A DNA stretch of 63,904 bases, the filler included, from Acetivibrio sp. (GTDB lineage: Bacteria; Bacillota; Clostridia; Acetivibrionales; Acetivibrionaceae): the NCBI RefSeq assembly GCF_035371925.1. It is 8 parts of 8 records of this genome, joined end to end, with 100 filler letters (N's around TTAATTAATTAA, not from the genome) between each part and the next. Parts side by side here need not be neighbours in the genome. Positions count along the whole stretch, not along the records: positions 1 to 9,259 come from NZ_DAORXT010000106.1; positions 9,360 to 18,369 come from NZ_DAORXT010000107.1; 6 more parts are not named here. One strand, written 5' to 3'. The notes beneath the pieces are model-generated. The model made no database searches and was not told where the DNA came from. It saw nothing but the letters and a program-made list of their open reading frames with translations. Shown here piece after piece: positions 1-10,227 of the stretch. The position numbers and the translations under genes are program-made. Every line of letters begins with the position of its first letter. Positions within the stretch are counted from its first letter, which is position 1.

Positions 1-78
1 CTCCATTCTATTTTTATCCTTCCAATGGTCTAAATGTTGCCAAGTAAGGTATTTTACATCTTTGGACCTATGGAAAGT

Positions 79-921
79 TTAAAGACACTTCAAATCAATT
101 TCACCTTCAAACACCTTTACAGCAGGCCCTGTCTTATATACGTGATTGTCCTTCTCATTCCATTCCACTATGAGGTCTCCCCCCAAAAGCTTTACAGTTG
201 CCTTCCTTTCGCTGACACCGTTTAGTACCGATGCCACTAATACGGCACAGGCACCGGTTCCGCAGGCCAAAGTCTCTCCGGCTCCTCTTTCCCAAACCCT
301 CATTTTAAGAGTGGTTCTGTCTATCACTTCCACAAACTCTGCATTTATCTTTCTCGGGAAAAGGCTGTGAGTCTCCATCTTGGGCCCGATTTGCTCAAGA
401 GGAAAAGCATCTACATTATCAATATAGGATACGGCATGGGGGTTGCCCATTGATACGCATGTAACCTTAAACTCTCTTCCGTCCACGCAAACAGGCTCTG
501 CCTTAAAAATCTCTTTATCGCTCAACACAGGTATATTCGCAGGTGTTAATATAGGCTCTCCCATATCGACTTTTACAAGTTTTACTTTATTATCTTGCAT
601 AAACAATTCAAGAACTTTTATTCCTGCCAGTGTCTCTACGGTTATAACATTTTTATTTGTCATCCCGTTGTCAAACACATATTTTCCCACACATCTTATC
701 GCATTTCCGCACATTTCGGCTTCAGAACCGTCCGAATTAAACATCCTCATTCTAAAATCCGCTTTATCCGAGGGCATTATCAGCACAAGGCCGTCGGAAC
801 CAATGCCAAAGTGCCTGTCACTGACTTTTTTCGCAACTTCCGAAGGGTTTTCTACAAATTCTTCAAAGCAATTTACATATATATAGTCGTTCCCCAGCCC
901 GTGCATTTTAGTAAACTTCAT
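79..921 (-). CDS. dapF: diaminopimelate epimerase
   Basis: [12 protein letters not shown] start; MCGNAIRC and ETLACGTGA catalytic Cys motifs; start moved to ATG 921 behind GGAGG RBS. Confidence 0.97.
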   Translation of the reverse strand: MKFTKMHGLGNDYIYVNCFEEFVENPSEVAKKVSDRHFGIGSDGLVLIMPSDKADFRMRMFNSDGSEAEMCGNAIRCVGKYVFDNGMTNKNVITVETLAGIKVLELFMQDNKVKLVKVDMGEPILTPANIPVLSDKEIFKAEPVCVDGREFKVTCVSMGNPHAVSYIDNVDAFPLEQIGPKMETHSLFPRKINAEFVEVIDRTTLKMRVWERGAGETLACGTGACAVLVASVLNGVSERKATVKLLGGDLIVEWNEKDNHVYKTGPAVKVFEGEIDLKCL

Positions 922-1135
922 TTTGCAACCTCCCAATTTAAAACTTGCATTTTTCATTGTACTCATTATAACATACATTTCTCATATGGCAATACAAAAA
1001 AAAGAATTTTTGTGCATTTATTATTGTTTTTGATACAAAATATAAATATACTTTAAGGCCAATATGAATTCTTTTTAAGACAATATTAATTCAAATATTA
1101 ATTCATTTATAACATATTCATGGAGAGGTGAATAA

Positions 1136-1834
1136 ATGAAAATTCTCGTAATAATTCCTGCATACAACGAAGAAGCTACAATCAAAAACGTTATCCAGCG
1201 AATAAGTCTAAAAATGCCGCAAGCGGACGTTCTTGTGGTAAACGACGGTTCAAAAGACAATACTTCGCTTGAGGCAAAAAGAACCGGTGCCAAAGTAATA
1301 GACCTTCCCTACAATCTCGGAATCGGAGGCGCAATGCAAACCGGATACATATATGCCAAAGAAAACAACTACGATATTGCCGTTCAGGTCGATGGCGACG
1401 GACAACATGACCCTTCGTATATAAAGGACTTAATTGAACCTATCATTAGCAATTCGGCCGATGTAGTTGTCGGGTCCCGTTATATCAGCAAAACCAATTA
1501 CAAATCATCGGTATTTAGAAGGATGGGAATGATTTTTTTCTCTTTTTTGGTAAGTATACTGACAAACCAAAAATTCAAGGATACAACCTCGGGCTTTCGA
1601 GCTGTAAATAAAGATGTCATAAATTATTTTTCCAATCACTATCCTGTAGATTATCCTGAAGTTGACGTATTGGTCAGGCTCAAAAAAAGGAATTTCAGAA
1701 TTGCCGAACTCCCCGTTGAAATGCACGAGCGTCAGGGAGGCAAATCCTCCATTACAACCTTTCGTTCATTGTATTATATGTTTAAGGTAAGTCTTGCCCT
1801 TATTATCGGTACATTAAGGTCTTCCGAGGAATAG
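1136..1834 (+). CDS. GT2 glycosyltransferase, DPM1-like polyprenyl-phosphate sugar synthase
   Basis: IIPAYNEE, VVNDGSKD, DGDGQHDP, DTTSGFRA motifs. Confidence 0.9.
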   Translation: MKILVIIPAYNEEATIKNVIQRISLKMPQADVLVVNDGSKDNTSLEAKRTGAKVIDLPYNLGIGGAMQTGYIYAKENNYDIAVQVDGDGQHDPSYIKDLIEPIISNSADVVVGSRYISKTNYKSSVFRRMGMIFFSFLVSILTNQKFKDTTSGFRAVNKDVINYFSNHYPVDYPEVDVLVRLKKRNFRIAELPVEMHERQGGKSSITTFRSLYYMFKVSLALIIGTLRSSEE

Positions 1835-1847
1835 AGAGGTGATTTGA

Positions 1848-2195
1848 ATGATTATAAATGTTTATTCCTTGTCAATAATGTTCAGTGTGTTCTTTTTATT
1901 GCTTGTGATTGAGCTGGTAAGAAAAAACAAACTTCAGGAGCGCTACTCCCTTTTATGGATACTCATGAGCATCATCCTCCTTGTATTATCCAGTACCCCG
2001 GTTATTATTGAAACTGTTTCCCGGTGGCTGGACATAAAAAATCCTCCGTCGCTTTTATTTTTATTCGGCCTAGGGTATCTAATTTTATATAATTTAGGTA
2101 CCACTGTAACAGTGTCAAAACAGTCGGAAAGAATAACCCGCCTCACCCAGGAACTTGCCCTTCTTCGCCAAAAAATTACAGAGAAGGACTCCTAG
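1848..2195 (+). CDS. small membrane protein, DUF2304-like, usual partner of DPM1-like GT2
   Basis: three hydrophobic segments, ERYSLLW, C-terminal ITRLTQELALL coiled coil; 13 nt after the GT2. Confidence 0.8.
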   Translation: MIINVYSLSIMFSVFFLLLVIELVRKNKLQERYSLLWILMSIILLVLSSTPVIIETVSRWLDIKNPPSLLFLFGLGYLILYNLGTTVTVSKQSERITRLTQELALLRQKITEKDS

Positions 2196-2489
2196 TAAAA
2201 TATAAATTGCTTATTACCCATAATACTGCTATAATATAGACATATACTTATATATTTTGCTTTTAGAGCTTGATATTCTATCTTGGAATTTGAGTTATGT
2301 TTTTGGTTATTTCGTCAAAATAATCAAAAACTTTATTTTCGGCCCGAGAAATATATTGTTTTTACGGAGGATATAGGTTTTTTTGGACCTTCGTTGACAA
2401 ATTAAAAATTTTTTTGAAATTTTATTTGACAAAAAGACGATATAAGTCATATAGCGGTATAAGTCATATATAGAATATGGGAGATAATT

Positions 2490-3455
2490 ATGAGTACATA
2501 TTTAATTTCAGTTGCAATTCCAATATACAATGAGGCAAAACAGATTTATGAAAACATAAATATAATTCATAAAATTCTGACTGAAAATAATATTAATCAT
2601 GAGTTCATCCTTGTAGACGACGGTTCCCGTGACAACACCTGGGAGGAGCTAAAAAGGTTGTCCCACGATCTTCCTAATGTCTTTGCCATAAGCCTTAGCA
2701 GGAATTTCGGCAAAGAAGCCGCTCTTTGTGCGGCCTTGGAATCTGCTCACGGCGATGCCTGTGTGATTATGGATTCCGACCTTCAGCATCCTCCGGAAAT
2801 CATTCCCGAAATGGTACGCTTGTGGAAAGAAGAAGGTTATGACGTTGTGGAAGGTGTAAAGTCCTCAAGGGGTAAGGAAAGTATCGTATACAAAGTTGGA
2901 GCCCATTTATTCTATTCAATACTTGAAAATTTTTCGGGCTTTAACTTTGACGGTGCATCCGACTTCAAGCTTCTTGACTCGAAGGTTCTAGCTTCCTGGA
3001 GCACCATGCCGGAACGCAATACTTTCTTTAGAGGTATGTCGGCCTGGCTTGGATTCAAAAGGACCTCCATCCCCTTTGAGGTAACAGAAAGAAAGGAAGG
3101 ACAATCAAAATGGTCCACTTTAAAACTTTTCAAGCTTGCGATAACCGCAATAACATCTTTCTCTTCGCTTCCGCTTCAGCTGGTTACATTAATGGGCATA
3201 TTATTCCTCTTCGGCTCCTTTATATTGGGCATTAATACTTTATACATGAAGTTTAAAGGTGTCGCTGTAAGCGGCTTTACCACGGTTATCCTGCTGCTTT
3301 TGATAGTCGGCAGCACATTAATGATAAGCCTTGGTATTATAGGTACTTATATTGCAAAGATATTTGACGAAGTCAAGTTCAGACCGAGATTCATAATAAG
3401 AGAAAAAGCAGAAAGTACAAGGAAGGAATGTATAAGTATCGACACCAACGGTTGA
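2490..3455 (+). CDS. GT2 bactoprenol glycosyltransferase, GtrB/YkcC-like
   Basis: IPIYNE, VDDGSRD, SRNFGKE, DSDLQHPP, two C-terminal TM helices. Confidence 0.9.
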   Translation: MSTYLISVAIPIYNEAKQIYENINIIHKILTENNINHEFILVDDGSRDNTWEELKRLSHDLPNVFAISLSRNFGKEAALCAALESAHGDACVIMDSDLQHPPEIIPEMVRLWKEEGYDVVEGVKSSRGKESIVYKVGAHLFYSILENFSGFNFDGASDFKLLDSKVLASWSTMPERNTFFRGMSAWLGFKRTSIPFEVTERKEGQSKWSTLKLFKLAITAITSFSSLPLQLVTLMGILFLFGSFILGINTLYMKFKGVAVSGFTTVILLLLIVGSTLMISLGIIGTYIAKIFDEVKFRPRFIIREKAESTRKECISIDTNG

Positions 3456-3549
3456 TGTAGCCTCTGCCAATTAAATGTAAATTTTGATTCTGTTTTTAAA
3501 TTTTTATTTATATATATTTTTCTTTATATTTTTTTGGAGGTAGATAAAA

Positions 3550-4332
3550 GTGTTGAAAAAACAAATTGCAATTCTAATTACAGCAGCTTTACTAATAACA
3601 GCTACGGTTATTTCCTATGCTAAAATTGACAACTATCTTTTTAACGGCTCCTTTGAACAACTGATAAAAGAAGCACCGGCAAACTGGACTATGGATTCCT
3701 ACGACAAATCCGCTGGTGCAACAACTTTTGAAGTTCAAACCTCAGACCCTCAATTGGGAGAAAAATATGTAACCATTACCAACAATGTATTAAACGACAG
3801 TAGATATGTCCAACCCGTCAAGGTTGAAGCAAACAAAAAGTACAAGCTATCCTGCTACATAAAAACTGAAAATGTAAGCGAGGAAGGCGCAGGTGCAAAC
3901 CTTTCCATAGCAAATCAGACAGTAACATCAAGGCAAATCAAAGGGACAAGCAATGGCTGGGAATATGTTGAACTGTACGCTGCTACTGAAAGCGGTGTCG
4001 ATACAATAAAAGTTACTGTCGGTCTTGGAGGATATAGTGCAATGAGCACGGGAAAAGCATCTTTTGACAATGTAGTTATGGAAGAAGTTGAAGAAATACC
4101 CGAAGGTGCACCCTGTGCTGTAATGAACTCTGCAAATGCCGGCAGCGATACTGATGCCGACAACAATAGCGGCAATAACAGCGATAACAGCAATAATAAC
4201 GGCAATAACTCTTCGCCTCAAAATAGTGAAGGCAATTCGGGTAAAGTTGTCGTGATAGTATTGATTCTTTCCGCTGTTGCTACAGGTGTTGCTGTTTTCA
4301 ACACTTCCAGAGCAAACAAAAAGAACAACTGA
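3550..4332 (+). CDS. exported CBM4/9-like beta-sandwich protein with Asn/Ser-rich linker and C-terminal membrane anchor
   Basis: signal-like N-terminus, NGSFE...W domain start, low-complexity N/S linker, hydrophobic C-terminus followed by basic residues. Confidence 0.7.
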   Translation: MLKKQIAILITAALLITATVISYAKIDNYLFNGSFEQLIKEAPANWTMDSYDKSAGATTFEVQTSDPQLGEKYVTITNNVLNDSRYVQPVKVEANKKYKLSCYIKTENVSEEGAGANLSIANQTVTSRQIKGTSNGWEYVELYAATESGVDTIKVTVGLGGYSAMSTGKASFDNVVMEEVEEIPEGAPCAVMNSANAGSDTDADNNSGNNSDNSNNNGNNSSPQNSEGNSGKVVVIVLILSAVATGVAVFNTSRANKKNN

Positions 4333-4536
4333 GGCTATACCGGCATCAATGGTATTGACGGCAGTCAAAGCTCTTTAATTTTGATAATATTAAAATAGCG
4401 ATATGTATTGTTAAAGAATATTAGACAAAAAATTACATAATCTATAACATAAATGCAAAAGTCCGATTTTCACCTTTCCTGCATTTATGTTTAAATATTT
4501 TATCATAGTTTATAAATTTGTGGGGGTGCTTACAAA

Positions 4537-7428
4537 GTGTCGAAAAAACATTTAATGGTCTGGTTAATACTACTATTTTCTATGCAGCTTATTTTTACCT
4601 CTTCCGTGTTTGCACAAGGAGAAAACCTTGTGAAAAACCCGGGATTTGAAGAAGGAGACCAGGAAAGCTTATATTTCTGGCAGACTGACTGTTGGGAAAA
4701 AGCTCAAGGAGTTACCGAATTTCTTGTCGACGAAAACGTGTACCATTCAGGCAGCAGAAGTGCATGCATAGTCAACAATTCCGCCAACGATTCAAGGTAC
4801 AAGCAGCCAATCAAAGTAAAAGGAGATACATATTATAGAATATCCTGTTGGGTAAAAACAGAAAATGTTGGAGATGAGACCAAGGGAGCCAATATTTCTG
4901 TTGAAGGCGGCTTGGAAACTTCAAGGGATATTCGCCAAACAAGCGGGGACTGGGAGTATATCGAAGTATATGGCAAAACCAGTCCAAATCAAGAAACCGT
5001 TAACCTTACCATAGGTCTTGGAGGATACGGCAATATCAATACCGGTAAAATATGGATTGATGATGTTGAAGTTGTAGAACTGGATAGCCTTCCTGCCGGG
5101 AAAACATCAATCAGCTTGGATCCGAACTATTCCGGAGGAAACAATCAGAATTCATCCGCAAGTAGCGGCAGTAAAACACTCTTGATATTGGGAATAGTAT
5201 TCTTCTTTATTATCTTACTTGCAGTTATATTCTTTATTTTCTTCAAAGACAAAATACCCGTCCTTAGTCAAAAGCTCAATGCGAATAAGACAGTAAGTCA
5301 AAGCAATAATGATGATGAGAAGTGGATAAAAGTCAAGTTTGACAAGATTGATTTTATCATAATGGGTGTTATGACCCTCATTTACCTTTGCATTGCCTTG
5401 TATAACCTTGGAGATTTTAAAGTTCCCACCACATCATGGGAGCCAACAATTCCCGGCGAGTACTTCACTATAGAGCTGGACAAGGAAACCACTCTGTCAA
5501 GAATATATTACTACTCCGGACTTGGCAGCAATAAATATAGTCCTCAGTCCAAATTAAGGGTTGAATATCTTGATGAAAATCAAGAGTTCAAACATCTTAC
5601 TACTATTGAAAAGAAAAATATCTTTATATGGGAGTTTATTGACACAGCTCCGGTAACCACCAAACAACTCAAGTTTATCGTGGATTCTACAGGCGGTGCG
5701 TTCAATGAAATAGCTATAGTTGAACAAGGAAGCACAGTGCCCGTTGAAAATATCAAAGTCGTTGACTCCGTATTGGAAGATAAAAGCAAAGCTACAATAG
5801 AAAATCTTTTTGACGAATCGGACAAGTTCGCGTTCAAGCCTTCTTACATGAACGGAATGTATTTTGATGAAATTTATCATGCAAGAACAGCTTTTGAACA
5901 TATTCACAGAATGTCCCCTTATGAAACGACTCATCCTCCTCTTGGTAAGATTTTCTTGGCACTGGGAATTCTTGTGTTTGGAATGGTACCTTTCGGTTGG
6001 AGAATAGTCGGCACTCTGTTTGGTGTCGCCATGGTACCTGCAATGTATGTTTTCGGAAAGAAGGTTTTCCGTGACAGATTTTATGCTTTCGCCACCGCAT
6101 TCCTTATGACGTTTGACTTTATGCACTTCAGTCAGACACGAATAGCAACTATAGACAGCTACGTTACTTTATTTGTTATACTAATGTACTATTTCATGTA
6201 TGACTACTTTATAAACAAGTCATACAATACCACCCTTAAGGAGTCCTTAAAGCCTTTGTTCCTTAGCGGACTGTTCTTCGGACTTGGTGCCGCCAGCAAG
6301 TGGATTGCTATATACGGTGCTGCAGGACTTGCTCTTCTGTTCTTTATAAATAAGGGAACAGAGATATGGGAATATAGAAATATTGCATCCGGAAAATCCA
6401 AAAATAAACCCCTGTGGATTAACAGCTACCCTTCAAATTTAGCCATTACTATAGGGGCATGTGTTGTATTCTTTATTGTAATTCCTCTAATAATTTATAT
6501 CTTGTCATATATTCCTTATATGTTGGTACCTGGGGACAACAAAGGAATCACTGTGTTCTATGAAAACTCTATTGATATGTTAAAATACCACTCCGAACTG
6601 GTGGCAGAACACCCATACCAGTCTGCATGGTGGGAATGGCCTATAATGGTCAAGCCTATGGCATTTTACTTTGGAAGCAACCTTGAACCCGGCATGACTT
6701 CAAAAATATTTACAATGGGTAATCCGGCCGTGTGGTGGGTTGGACTTCTGGCACTCTTGATAGTTGTCATTTGGGCTCTTTCAAAACTCAACAAAAATCT
6801 TATTGCACTGTTTATTTTAGGAGCATCAACCTTTGGATATATCGCACTGCCAAAAAGCATTTTGGCAAGCAAATTTGGACCGGAAAACGTAGAATTGCTC
6901 TGGGCCTTGATTTTCTTCGCAATGATTGCAATCTTACTTGTGCTGTCAAAACTGGATGTAAACATTTTAACTACCTGTATCGTCTCCTCTGCTGCATTCG
7001 GTACGATACTTTATCTCTTTAAAGATGTCGAAAGAGGAGATGCATTCTTGAAAGCTTCCAGCACGCAGCTTATTATATGGTCATGTCTGGCAATATGTAT
7101 AACGCTGCTGTTTATCGGTATGTACAGGTATGACAAGAAAATGCTGGTGCCTTTGGCGGGACTTATATTCCAGTACGTACCGTGGATTGCCGTCCCGAGA
7201 ATTGTATTTATATATCACTACTTCTCCATTGTGCCGTTCTTAATATTGTTAATTGTTTATGTTCTTAAAAAAGCAGCCGATAAATATAGTGGCATGAAGT
7301 ATTTTGCATTTGTTTATCTGGGAATAGTTTTGGGGTTGTTTATACTCTTCTATCCCGGATTATCAGGATTGGAAGTTCCGGCATCTTATATGAAGTACCT
7401 TAAATGGTTTGATACATGGTATTTCTAA
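4537..7428 (+). CDS. PMT/GT39-like (GT-C) lipid-carrier-dependent glycosyltransferase with N-terminal CBM-like domain
   Basis: YFDEIYHA, THPPLGK, HPYQSAWWEWP, GNPAVWW motifs; many TM helices; N-terminal NPGFEE domain. Confidence 0.85.
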   Translation: MSKKHLMVWLILLFSMQLIFTSSVFAQGENLVKNPGFEEGDQESLYFWQTDCWEKAQGVTEFLVDENVYHSGSRSACIVNNSANDSRYKQPIKVKGDTYYRISCWVKTENVGDETKGANISVEGGLETSRDIRQTSGDWEYIEVYGKTSPNQETVNLTIGLGGYGNINTGKIWIDDVEVVELDSLPAGKTSISLDPNYSGGNNQNSSASSGSKTLLILGIVFFFIILLAVIFFIFFKDKIPVLSQKLNANKTVSQSNNDDEKWIKVKFDKIDFIIMGVMTLIYLCIALYNLGDFKVPTTSWEPTIPGEYFTIELDKETTLSRIYYYSGLGSNKYSPQSKLRVEYLDENQEFKHLTTIEKKNIFIWEFIDTAPVTTKQLKFIVDSTGGAFNEIAIVEQGSTVPVENIKVVDSVLEDKSKATIENLFDESDKFAFKPSYMNGMYFDEIYHARTAFEHIHRMSPYETTHPPLGKIFLALGILVFGMVPFGWRIVGTLFGVAMVPAMYVFGKKVFRDRFYAFATAFLMTFDFMHFSQTRIATIDSYVTLFVILMYYFMYDYFINKSYNTTLKESLKPLFLSGLFFGLGAASKWIAIYGAAGLALLFFINKGTEIWEYRNIASGKSKNKPLWINSYPSNLAITIGACVVFFIVIPLIIYILSYIPYMLVPGDNKGITVFYENSIDMLKYHSELVAEHPYQSAWWEWPIMVKPMAFYFGSNLEPGMTSKIFTMGNPAVWWVGLLALLIVVIWALSKLNKNLIALFILGASTFGYIALPKSILASKFGPENVELLWALIFFAMIAILLVLSKLDVNILTTCIVSSAAFGTILYLFKDVERGDAFLKASSTQLIIWSCLAICITLLFIGMYRYDKKMLVPLAGLIFQYVPWIAVPRIVFIYHYFSIVPFLILLIVYVLKKAADKYSGMKYFAFVYLGIVLGLFILFYPGLSGLEVPASYMKYLKWFDTWYF

Positions 7429-7452
7429 ATAAAAGAATTGGAGGCAAATGAA

Positions 7453-8430
7453 ATGTCAGATAAAATTGTATGTTCTGTTGTTGTACCGCTATATAATGAA
7501 GAGGAAGTAATTCTTGAAACATATAAAAGGCTTAAAAACGTTATGGAGTCGTTAAATGAGCCTTATGAAATAGTATTTGTCAATGATGGAAGCAAAGACA
7601 AAACAGCAATTATAGCCAATGAAATATGTAACAAGGATAAAACCGTAAAGCTGGTAGATTTCGCAAGAAATTTCGGCCACCAAACCGCAATAACTGCGGG
7701 AATGGATTATTCTGAAGGTGAAGCCATTGTTGTCATCGATGCCGACCTTCAGGATCCTCCGGAGCTCATTCCTGAAATGATTAAAAAGTGGCGTGAAGGT
7801 TATGACGTTGTGTACGGAAAAAGAAAAGAAAGAAAAGGCGAAACCTTTTTTAAGAAGTTTACAGCAAAGGTGTTCTACCGCTTCCTAAGAAGAATGACCG
7901 ATGTGGATATTCCGGTTGACACCGGAGACTTTAGACTCATAGACAGAAAGGTCTGTGAGGCTCTCAAGATGGTTAATGAGCGCAACAGATATATTCGCGG
8001 TATTATAAGTTGGCTTGGCTTTAAACAGACAGGAATTGAGTTTGTGAGGGATAAACGTTTTGCCGGTGAAACAAAGTATCCGTTAAAGAAGATGCTGAAG
8101 TTTGCTTCCGATGCCATTACATCGTTCTCCTACAAGCCTTTAAAGCTGGCATCATACTTTGGAATTTTGCTCTCATTTTGCAGTTTCGTATACCTGATTG
8201 TAGTTATTTGCATGAAGCTTTTCACAGACCATGTACAGCAGGGCTGGGCATCAACCGTTGCAATTAATCTGTTCTTCCATGGAATTACTCTTATCATTCT
8301 TGGCATCATGGGAGAATACATAGGAAGAATTTATGACGAAGCCAAAGGAAGACCTTTATATATCGTAAGACAAACCAGAAACTTCTCCGAAGACAAGACG
8401 GACAAGATAAACATCAGGAAAAACAATTAA
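7453..8430 (+). CDS. GT2 bactoprenol glycosyltransferase, GtrB/YkcC-like
   Basis: VVPLYNEE, NDGSKD, RNFGHQ, DADLQDPP, two C-terminal TMs; ATG 7453 behind GGAGG. Confidence 0.92.
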   Translation: MSDKIVCSVVVPLYNEEEVILETYKRLKNVMESLNEPYEIVFVNDGSKDKTAIIANEICNKDKTVKLVDFARNFGHQTAITAGMDYSEGEAIVVIDADLQDPPELIPEMIKKWREGYDVVYGKRKERKGETFFKKFTAKVFYRFLRRMTDVDIPVDTGDFRLIDRKVCEALKMVNERNRYIRGIISWLGFKQTGIEFVRDKRFAGETKYPLKKMLKFASDAITSFSYKPLKLASYFGILLSFCSFVYLIVVICMKLFTDHVQQGWASTVAINLFFHGITLIILGIMGEYIGRIYDEAKGRPLYIVRQTRNFSEDKTDKINIRKNN

Positions 8431-8465
8431 AAAGTAAATTTGAAAAATATCCAACTAAAAAAGCT

Positions 8466-8505
8466 AAAATAAAAGCTGGGAAAATGTTCTCAGCTTTTAT
8501 TTTAT
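8466..8505 (+). terminator. intrinsic terminator after the glycosylation cluster
   Basis: AAAATAAAAGCTGGG...CTCAGCTTTTATTTT inverted repeat with T tract. Confidence 0.7.
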
Positions 8506-8560
8506 ACTTTTTTTATTGGTATCTTCTTCATTCAATATTAGCAAAACGATTATGATAAAA

Positions 8561-8583
8561 AAGCGAGTACTTCGTACTCGCTT
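8561..8583. terminator. hairpin terminator of the tRNA cluster
   Basis: AAGCGAGTAC-TTC-GTACTCGCTT perfect stem flanked by A/T tracts. Confidence 0.75.
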
Positions 8584-8589
8584 CTTTTA

Positions 8590-8674
8590 TGGTGGAGGGA
8601 GATGGATTCGAACCATCGAAGGCGGAGCCAACAGATTTACAGTCTGCCCCCTTTGGCCACTCGGGAATCCCTCC
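8590..8674 (-). tRNA. tRNA-Tyr(GTA)
   Basis: 85-nt cloverleaf with long variable arm, anticodon GTA, encoded CCA. Confidence 0.95.
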
Positions 8675-8677
8675 ATA

Positions 8678-8753
8678 TGGAGCTGGTGGACGGAATCGAA
8701 CCCCCGACCTGCTGATTACAAGTCAGCTGCTCTACCTGCTGAGCTACACCAGC
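8678..8753 (-). tRNA. tRNA-Thr(TGT)
   Basis: 76 nt, anticodon loop CTTGTAA, TTCGA T-loop, CCA. Confidence 0.95.
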
Positions 8754-8770
8754 TTATATAAAATTTTAAA

Positions 8771-8847
8771 TGGCGACCCGGAAGGGGCTCGAACCCTCGA
8801 CCTCCAGCGTGACAGGCTGGCATTCTAACCAACTGAACTACCGGGCC
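8771..8847 (-). tRNA. tRNA-Asp(GTC)
   Basis: 77 nt, anticodon loop CTGTCAC, CCA. Confidence 0.95.
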
Positions 8848-8850
8848 ATG

Positions 8851-8926
8851 TGGTGGGCACTATAGGGCTCGAACCTATGACCCCCTGCTTGTAAGGCAGA
8901 TGCTCTCCCAGCTGAGCTAAGCGCCC
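8851..8926 (-). tRNA. tRNA-Val(TAC)
   Basis: 76 nt, anticodon loop CTTACAA, CCA. Confidence 0.95.
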
Positions 8927-8933
8927 GAAAATA

Positions 8934-9008
8934 TGGTGACCCATAGGGGACTCGAACCCCTGTTACCGCCGTGAAAGGGCGGTGTCTTAACCGCTTGACC
9001 AATGGGCC
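8934..9008 (-). tRNA. tRNA-Glu(TTC)
   Basis: 75 nt, anticodon loop CTTTCAC, CCA. Confidence 0.95.
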
Positions 9009-9083
9009 ATATAATAATTATATAATATAATATTTATTAGTTACTGCATTGTTTACATACCGTTAAGCAATCTGACAAAGTAT

Positions 9084-9112
9084 ATTTTAGCCGGAACCTA
9101 GCAAAATGTCAA
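9084..9112 (-). promoter_or_regulatory. sigma-A promoter of the tRNA cluster
   Basis: TTGACA-17 nt-TAAAAT on the minus strand upstream of tRNA-Glu. Confidence 0.75.
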
Positions 9113-9204
9113 GTAAAAATTTATTTTTTTAAGTTTCCAATTTCTTAAGAGGTTTTAAAAGGAATCTTATGACTGCTGAGCGTCACAAGCTTCCTTTTTT
9201 TACC

Positions 9205-9259
9205 TGGTGAGCCATCCGCGACTCGAACGCGGGACACCATGATTAAAAGTCATGTGCTC
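9205..9259 (-). tRNA. tRNA-Lys(TTT), 5' part lost at the contig end
   Basis: CCA, T-arm and anticodon loop CTTTTAA present; runs into N linker. Confidence 0.85.
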
Positions 9260-9359
9260 NNNNNNNNNNNNNNNNNNNNNNNNNNNNNNNNNNNNNNNNN
9301 NNNTTAATTAATTAANNNNNNNNNNNNNNNNNNNNNNNNNNNNNNNNNNNNNNNNNNNN
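9260..9359. other. artificial contig linker
   Basis: 44 N + TTAATTAATTAA + 44 N. Confidence 0.98.
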
Positions 9360-9591
9360 TGTCCCCTTTGCCATAAAACTCTATCGTCCTTGATGTGCTT
9401 GTGCCGTATATTTCTATAGTTAAAGTTTTCATATTGCCTACGGTAAACTCTGTACCGTTGCCAGTGCTTGTTGCAGCATTATGAAATGTATGTGTAGTTA
9501 TCTGTGGCAATGCTGCAAAACTATAAGTGCCATCGCCATTATCTATCAGCTTAACACTATGACCGTTTATAATTGTATAAGTATCAGCCAT
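9360..9591 (-). CDS. putative virion structural protein, 3' truncated
   Basis: Thr/Gly-rich beta-type sequence in the late module, open into the gap. Confidence 0.5.
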
Positions 9592-9656
9592 AATATTATC
9601 ATCCCTTTCATATCATAAAATAAAATAAAAGGGCAGTTTCCCGCCCCGAACCAATG

Positions 9657-10172
9657 TTATATTACGATATAGTGTATATACGCATATCCAGCTAACCCTG
9701 CTGCTGAACCGCTTGCCGTTGATGCAGTTACCCATTTGCCCGAAGCAAGTTTTTGCCTTGCTTTTCCGTTTGTACCCACATCATTTATATTATCAAAAGT
9801 ACCTACTGCCGTACCTACATCAAGCCCATCAATAAGATTATCGCTTGAAGTAGTACTGCTTGTAGCAGTTGTGCCAACATCAATAGTACATGCCGCAGTT
9901 GATTTTGTGGTAACGTCTATAATAACCCTTTCCACTATGATTGACGAGCTTTCAGGATTAGCCCACGACAATACGCCACCGCCTGTATTTGCACTACCTA
10001 ACGCCAGCCTGATAACTTTTACAGCTCTGTCAGTACCATACAAAGTATTAAGTTGTGCAGCAGTAGCAGTTATTTTTGTGCCTCTTTGATAAATGTATCC
10101 ATCCGTATCAGCTATCTGTCTTTCATTTTCTGAGCTATCCTTCATGTATAAATTATCTATAAGTTTAGGCAT
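9657..10172 (-). CDS. hypothetical virion protein downstream of the capsid gene
   Basis: 171 aa, T/S/G/A-rich, RBS present, position in head module. Confidence 0.55.
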   Translation of the reverse strand: MPKLIDNLYMKDSSENERQIADTDGYIYQRGTKITATAAQLNTLYGTDRAVKVIRLALGSANTGGGVLSWANPESSSIIVERVIIDVTTKSTAACTIDVGTTATSSTTSSDNLIDGLDVGTAVGTFDNINDVGTNGKARQKLASGKWVTASTASGSAAGLAGYAYIHYIVI

Positions 10173-10202
10173 ACGTTATCTCACTCCTTTACAATAAAAA
10201 TA

Positions 10203-10224
10203 AAGGGCAGTAATAACTGCCCTT
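10203..10224 (-). terminator. terminator after the major capsid gene
   Basis: AAGGGCAGT-loop-ACTGCCCTT stem followed by T tract on the minus strand. Confidence 0.75.
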
Positions 10225-10227
10225 ATA

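Noticed and set aside
8516..8828. ORFs 8516-8761 and 8589-8828
   Set aside because: They are antisense translations of the tRNA cluster.
9304..9315. Recurrent TTAATTAATTAA as a biological repeat or CRISPR repeat
   Set aside because: Always centred in 88 N; it is an all-frame-stop assembly spacer.
9205..9591. Prophage integrated at tRNA-Lys
   Set aside because: The tRNA and phage genes are on different contigs joined artificially, with no integrase or att duplication.
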